A stretch of 64,000 nucleotides of DNA from the human T2T-CHM13v2.0 reference genome, Homo sapiens. The first letter of the stretch is position 1. Every line of letters begins with the position of its first letter. Position numbers and translations under genes: made by a program. The notes under the pieces are model-generated. The model was given only the letters and a program-made list of their open reading frames with translations. It did no database searches and was not told where the DNA came from. Below are positions 54,601 to 64,000 of the stretch, piece after piece. The stretch is taken from NCBI RefSeq assembly GCF_009914755.1, contig NC_060935.1. One strand, 5' to 3'.

Positions 54601-55842
54601 TGACCCAAAATGAAACCCAAAATGTAGCAAAAGGCTACACTCGTATGTAGCCCTCTAGGAGTGAGGAAGAAATAATCTCATCCTTATTGCCATCAGGCAT
54701 TTAGATTAGATCAGGTTTAACTCAGATTACAGTTTTCATTTTGCCAGGTGGGAGATGCAATTAGAATGACTATTTTATTGACATTGTGTTCCCTGACACA
54801 TAAACTTAAGGTCTCTGTTTTCTGTCTCTTTTTCTATACACTATAACACATATACAAGTGTGCACAAACACACACAACACACATTCATATGCACTTACAA
54901 ACATATATGCTGAATATATTGTTTCTTTGACAATACACATAATTTCCATTCTGAATTTTCCAACTTCAGTAAATTTGACTTGCAAACCAAGGCAATGGCC
55001 ACTTCTTCACAATTTTCACAATCTCGGCAAGGTCTTCTTGATTTAGTTGGAAGCAACATAAATGAGAACCTAATACTTCGCAAAATTCTTCATCCAAGTT
55101 GGTGCAAAGCATGACCTTTTTCTATATCTGAGCTAACTAGCAGCATAGCCTGAAGCAGCCTGCCATACATAGGACATTTCTTTGGAATCTAATGCTTTAT
55201 CTTAAATATTCAAAAAGTGAAATGTCCATTTTACTTGATAAATTATCTGTTAATTTTAGTATAAAATGGTTCCAACAGATGGTATCCATTTGATAATAAA
55301 CCACATGGAGACAGTAAACACAAAGCATTTATTACCTACAACATTGGTGACAATGCCTAAACATGTGGCCCACTATCTTCAGTGTTCGTCAGAGTGCAGA
55401 AACATCTAGAACCTGATGATTTTCACAAAACCAACTGTTGGTTACAGCTTTAGATAATATTTTCTTAAACGCCTTATTCTTAAGGATAATTTATACTTCA
55501 AGTCTGATGTTCGATATTTACTTGAAATTCTTTGATTATAATGCCAACACCTACTAATTAGCACTGCTAAACTTCGAAGCATGAACAGAATAAGCACAGT
55601 GAACTGCTTGATATGTTGAGGCACCATACTAGGTAACCCAACCACCTTTGATTACTGGATAATAACAAGAAAATTCTTCAATTTACAGAGCCTAGTGTAA
55701 ATAGAAATGTCTATGACTGAGGGTTATGGAAATAGATAATCAGTCTCTAAGAAGTACATTGTAAGATTTTTCTTTTTTTTCTTGAAGGGATAGTTAGTTC
55801 AAACTTTAAGAAGTCCAAAAGTGAGTTAAAATATGAGTCAAA

Positions 55843-56151
<309 letters not shown>

Positions 56152-56289
56152 TCAAATATTTATGACTGTCAACACAGAATAGGTCACATGGATGTGAGTA
56201 CTGCAAAAGGAAAGAATATCTTTTTATTCCTCTTCTCTTTCCTATCAACTCTTTTTAACTAAATCTTCTGCTTTCACCATCTCAAAATG

Positions 56290-56630
56290 ATGTAAAGATG
56301 TCATTGGAAACTGGAAAAGCGATATCCATTTTTAAAGCAAGGGGGAAATTATTTTGGTAATTATACAGCTTAGTTTAACTGGGGGCATGAATATAGTAAC
56401 AGAAGAGCCAAACATGCCAGATGAACTTAGTAGCTTTCTATGATAGAATGACAGGTCATATTATCACGCAAAAAGTGAACAGTGTAGTCTATTTCAATGT
56501 CGTAAGCCTTTTTATTCCCTTCTCCAATTCAGTAGGATAGGGAAAAATGATTTAGGAAGAAAGGAATTTAAAAATTGACTTGAACGCTAGACCAACGGCT
56601 ACTGATGCATCTCTCTTTTAAGGATCTGTT
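56290..56630 (+). mobile_element. Ancient L3/CR1 LINE reverse-transcriptase relic
   Basis: Degenerate collinear motifs resembling CR1 W..A..PIFKKG...GNYRPVSL, SCQTNL..FYD and V.LDFSKAF coding sequence. Confidence 0.5.
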
Positions 56631-57396
56631 TCAGAATAAAGTCAGTCTTTTTACTGATGACTGACAGTCAGGAATCTTGGCTTACTTTACATTTTGATTC
56701 CATCACATCAAGTCTCTGAGAGCTGTGAAATTTTAAAAAAGGTATTTCCTTATTTTTTTTCCCTCAACTTTTGACCTTTTTTTCCCTGTAGAGCTCTTAA
56801 ATGACTTGTTAATTCAACTAAGTGGTGTTGCACTGGGACAACAGTGCAACACCACTGTAAATATAAACTCAAATTAGGTAGAAATTTTGAGGGAACAAGG
56901 ATGCACTTTGTGAATGAATTGAAAGGATTTTCTATGGCTAGAGAGGGTAATCAATATTGGAGTGGTGCTTAAAATATAAGTGCTGGAACAAACACTTGAA
57001 ACTTGAAGAGTGTGAAGAATACCTCTTATTTGGTTACAGGAGAAATAATGTAAAAATCAATTGTGAGGAGTCAAGGGATGAACTCACTTTTCATGACAAG
57101 CAATCTCTGTCATGAGACCAGCTGGCTGACTACATGAGAAGGCTGGGAACATGACTACGCTGGAAAGAGGCCTCACTGGGGAAAGGAAGTCAAACATTTG
57201 GCTTGTATTACAGAATCAGGCAAGAGCCAACAGTATGTTGAACTCAGCTACCTACGAACCAGGAGACTTGTTGTTCCTCATTATGTAATTGACATACCTC
57301 TTTTCCCAATCTCTGTCACCATTCAAACATTTAAAATAATAATTTAGATATCTTAGAAAAAAAATGTTTGGTTACTGAATTAGTGTTTGATCTTAA

Positions 57397-57705
<309 letters not shown>

Positions 57706-58087
57706 GACGATCTTAACTTTCTTTCTAAGCCTCCATACCAGGGAAACATTCAATCAGGGATGCTCCCAGGCTAGTAAGGGAAGAGTGCCCCAAGGTGTTA
57801 TTTGTACCGGTATATCCAAAAGGAAATGGGAATGAGTAACTATTCCCAATCGCCCTTCTCTCAGCTCTCTCAAAACAAGTGAGTCACACTCTTTTCTTCC
57901 CCTCTTACCTTAGGTCATTCCAGAATGTTTAGAGGAGATAGCTACAGTATAAAAAAGCTATGCCAGATAAAACTGACTTTATTTTATAACAACAACAACA
58001 AAAAAAGAACAAGGGGGAATTTTTATGTTTACCAAGCCAAGACTCTAACAAATAATTTATTTAAGTTAATAACTGAAGAAAATGTAG

Positions 58088-61434
<3,347 letters not shown>

Positions 61435-62193
61435 AAGAAAATGTCCCTGTAGCTTCAGGAAACATGGAAGTAGTGCACTGTAATGCAAAGACCACTGGGA
61501 CTGGATCACAAAGTTCTGAAGTTCTGGTCCTAGTTTGAGGCCAGACCTGTGGTAAATCCTAAACTCTTTTCTGTACATTTTCCCTACCTGTCTAAAATGT
61601 GGGGGTGTGAGATACTGATAAAAGGGAGAAACTCTAAAGTTCTCTGTCTCTAAAATTTTAGTCATTTAATAGAAGAGCTTTTACATATAAGAGCTAAGGT
61701 GGTATGGCAGAAAATGCAACAGATCTGAACTCAACTGACTTGGGTTTGAATTTTTGCCTCTGTCTCTTCCCAGTCTCATTCCTTTATGTGTATGATAATG
61801 GTATCTGCCTTACCTACCTCACAGGACTGTTAAAAGGATCAAATGAAAACATACGCAATATGTAAAAGTGCTTGTTAATTTAAAATGTTAGTTCCTATTT
61901 TTGTATTTAGGTCTGCCTCCTGAATTGTCCAAGAAAACATGTCTAGACATGGTAGAAAGTATTCCAGAGACTCTTTGTTATCAGAGAAGATACAGCTATT
62001 TATAACTTACAGTTTCAGATTGTTTGCTTCCTCAGCTACTGGTTTGTTAACAATGCCACAGTTAGACAGCCCAGGTTCCTATTAATACATACCGAGGTAT
62101 GGATAGCTGTTCTCTGTCATAGGAAAAAATATGTAAGTTTTCCAAACCAACTCCTCTAAAGAAAGATGTGGAGACTTTGGCCAAAAGTCAAGT

Positions 62194-62528
62194 ACAGTAT
62201 TTCTTCCTCTGCTTATCTGCAAGGGATATGATCCAAGAACCCCCAGTGGATGCCTAAAAGTGTATACAGTATAGTATCAAACCCTATATATACTATGTTT
62301 TTTCCTATCATATACACATATGATAAAGTTTAACTTATAAATTAGCCACAGTAAGAGATTAACAGCAAATAACTAATAATAAAATAGAACAATTATAAGA
62401 ATATACTGTAATAAAGTTATGTGACTCTGTTCTCTGTCTCAAAATATCTCATTTTACAATACTTACCTATTTTCAAACTGCAGGTAACCATGGTTAACTG
62501 AAACCACTGATAAGGGAGAACTACTGTA
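62194..62528. mobile_element. MER44A-like Tigger-family MITE
   Basis: Degenerate terminal repeats cagta...cttatc / gataagggagaactactg with TA flanks; about 335 bp. Confidence 0.75.
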
Positions 62529-63325
62529 ACTGTGTTGATTAGTGGTATGCTAGAAGTGGAAAGAGAAGCAAAGGATAATTGGTGGAGCTGTAGAAAGGAT
62601 TGACTTAAAAGTCTAGACTAACACTAAGGTAAGGAATACCATCAGAAAAGAGTTGAGGGGATTTGGAATCATCATTCTGATTCCGTAAGTTTTATGTTAG
62701 TTGGACCTACTCTATAGATAAAGGAGGTCCCTGTGAAGCAAAATCTTGGGAGGTCATCAGATATGGAGAGTAATTAATACATTTGGAAATCTTAGCCAGT
62801 ACCAAGGTTATTAAATTGGGCTACTAAATGCTGGAGACTGAATCCCTTTTACTGATTATTTGCTTTTTCATTATGATACCTAACTTTTCCCTCAGTAAAT
62901 ATGTAATGAATTTCAGATGGTTCTCAACTTTCCAAAACCCAAAAAGTTCATCTGTGAAGGCCTAACTTTTACTTTAAGTATATATAAAATGCAAACACAT
63001 ACAATTGAATATAAAATAAAAAGAACGGTTTTAAAGTAGCATGTAAAAAATCCATTTTATTGATTTATAATCATATTACCTTCTTCATAAATAAAGATCC
63101 ATAAAGATGGATCCAAGATGGCATGCATCTGCAAGGGATGGAATTCCACAGATAAAACCAGAGCAAAAAGGTCCAAAAGGAAGGACTGAATGAAGACACA
63201 GCCTCATTAGCACAAAGAAATTCAACTCAACTCATTACATGTCGATTACCAATACCTATCTTTAGAGAGACAGTAAAATATAAACTAATTTACGTTAGTA
63301 AAATTGAACCAAATATATTTCTCAT

Positions 63326-63617
<292 letters not shown>

Positions 63618-64000
63618 CCTAATCATTTAAAATGCTCTAGGCTTGCTAATTCTTACTGTATCTAGTTTCTGGACCAGCATTTGCTCCAAATCCAACGCAG
63701 GAACTAAGTAACAACAGCACTTGCATCCTGATGACAGTCTTAGCTACATCTACCTGAGGCAAGAAACTAGAAAAACAGGATATATTGTGGGCTAAGATCA
63801 AAAGAACTGTTACAGAGGGCCTAGAAATATCTCATTCTACATTTGGCTACACTTTCCTACCTCTTCTTTTGCAGGATTACCTGACTTTAGCCTAACGCTA
63901 AACTATGACCTATTTCTAAGAGTATCTTTCTCTATACTGAAATTTCTGAATATTATGTATATATATGTAATATATAAATCAACAAAATTCACAGATTTTT

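Noticed and set aside
62485-62500. Second X-box-like motif GTAACCATGGTTAAC
   Set aside because: Lies in the MER44-like element, looks like CpG decay of its subterminal palindrome, and fits the consensus poorly.

Overview
Human/primate-type, AT-rich, repeat-dense genomic DNA. It carries the 5' part of the doublecortin-domain gene DCDC1 on the minus strand, recognised from the spliced peptide. Four coding exons (30117-29948, 9738-9469, 8218-8062, 7607-7445) join in frame through GT-AG sites, giving MAKTGAEDHR...NPFKKIK (about 251 aa, including a DCX domain). A probable 5'UTR exon (37395-37278) is built across the 5' end of an old L1. The promoter and downstream exons were not found in the window. 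The introns hold a full-length L1HS-Ta (Ta-0 type; intact ORF1 and ORF0, ORF2 with three lesions), a full-length decayed L1PA5/6-like element, a 5'-truncated L1PA2/3, about 16 Alu/FLAM copies, MLT1/MLT2 LTRs, Tigger/MER DNA transposons and MIR/L2/CR1 relics. I see no evidence of a wholly new biological system. The most interesting signals are: an L1-exonised UTR exon with three uORFs; L1 reinsertion into an Alu's target-site duplication; inverted Alus bracketing the start-codon exon; two duplication-inversion-duplication micro-rearrangements; and single DR5 and RFX X-box motifs. Repeat subfamily calls rest on remembered consensus diagnostics, and repeat boundaries are approximate.
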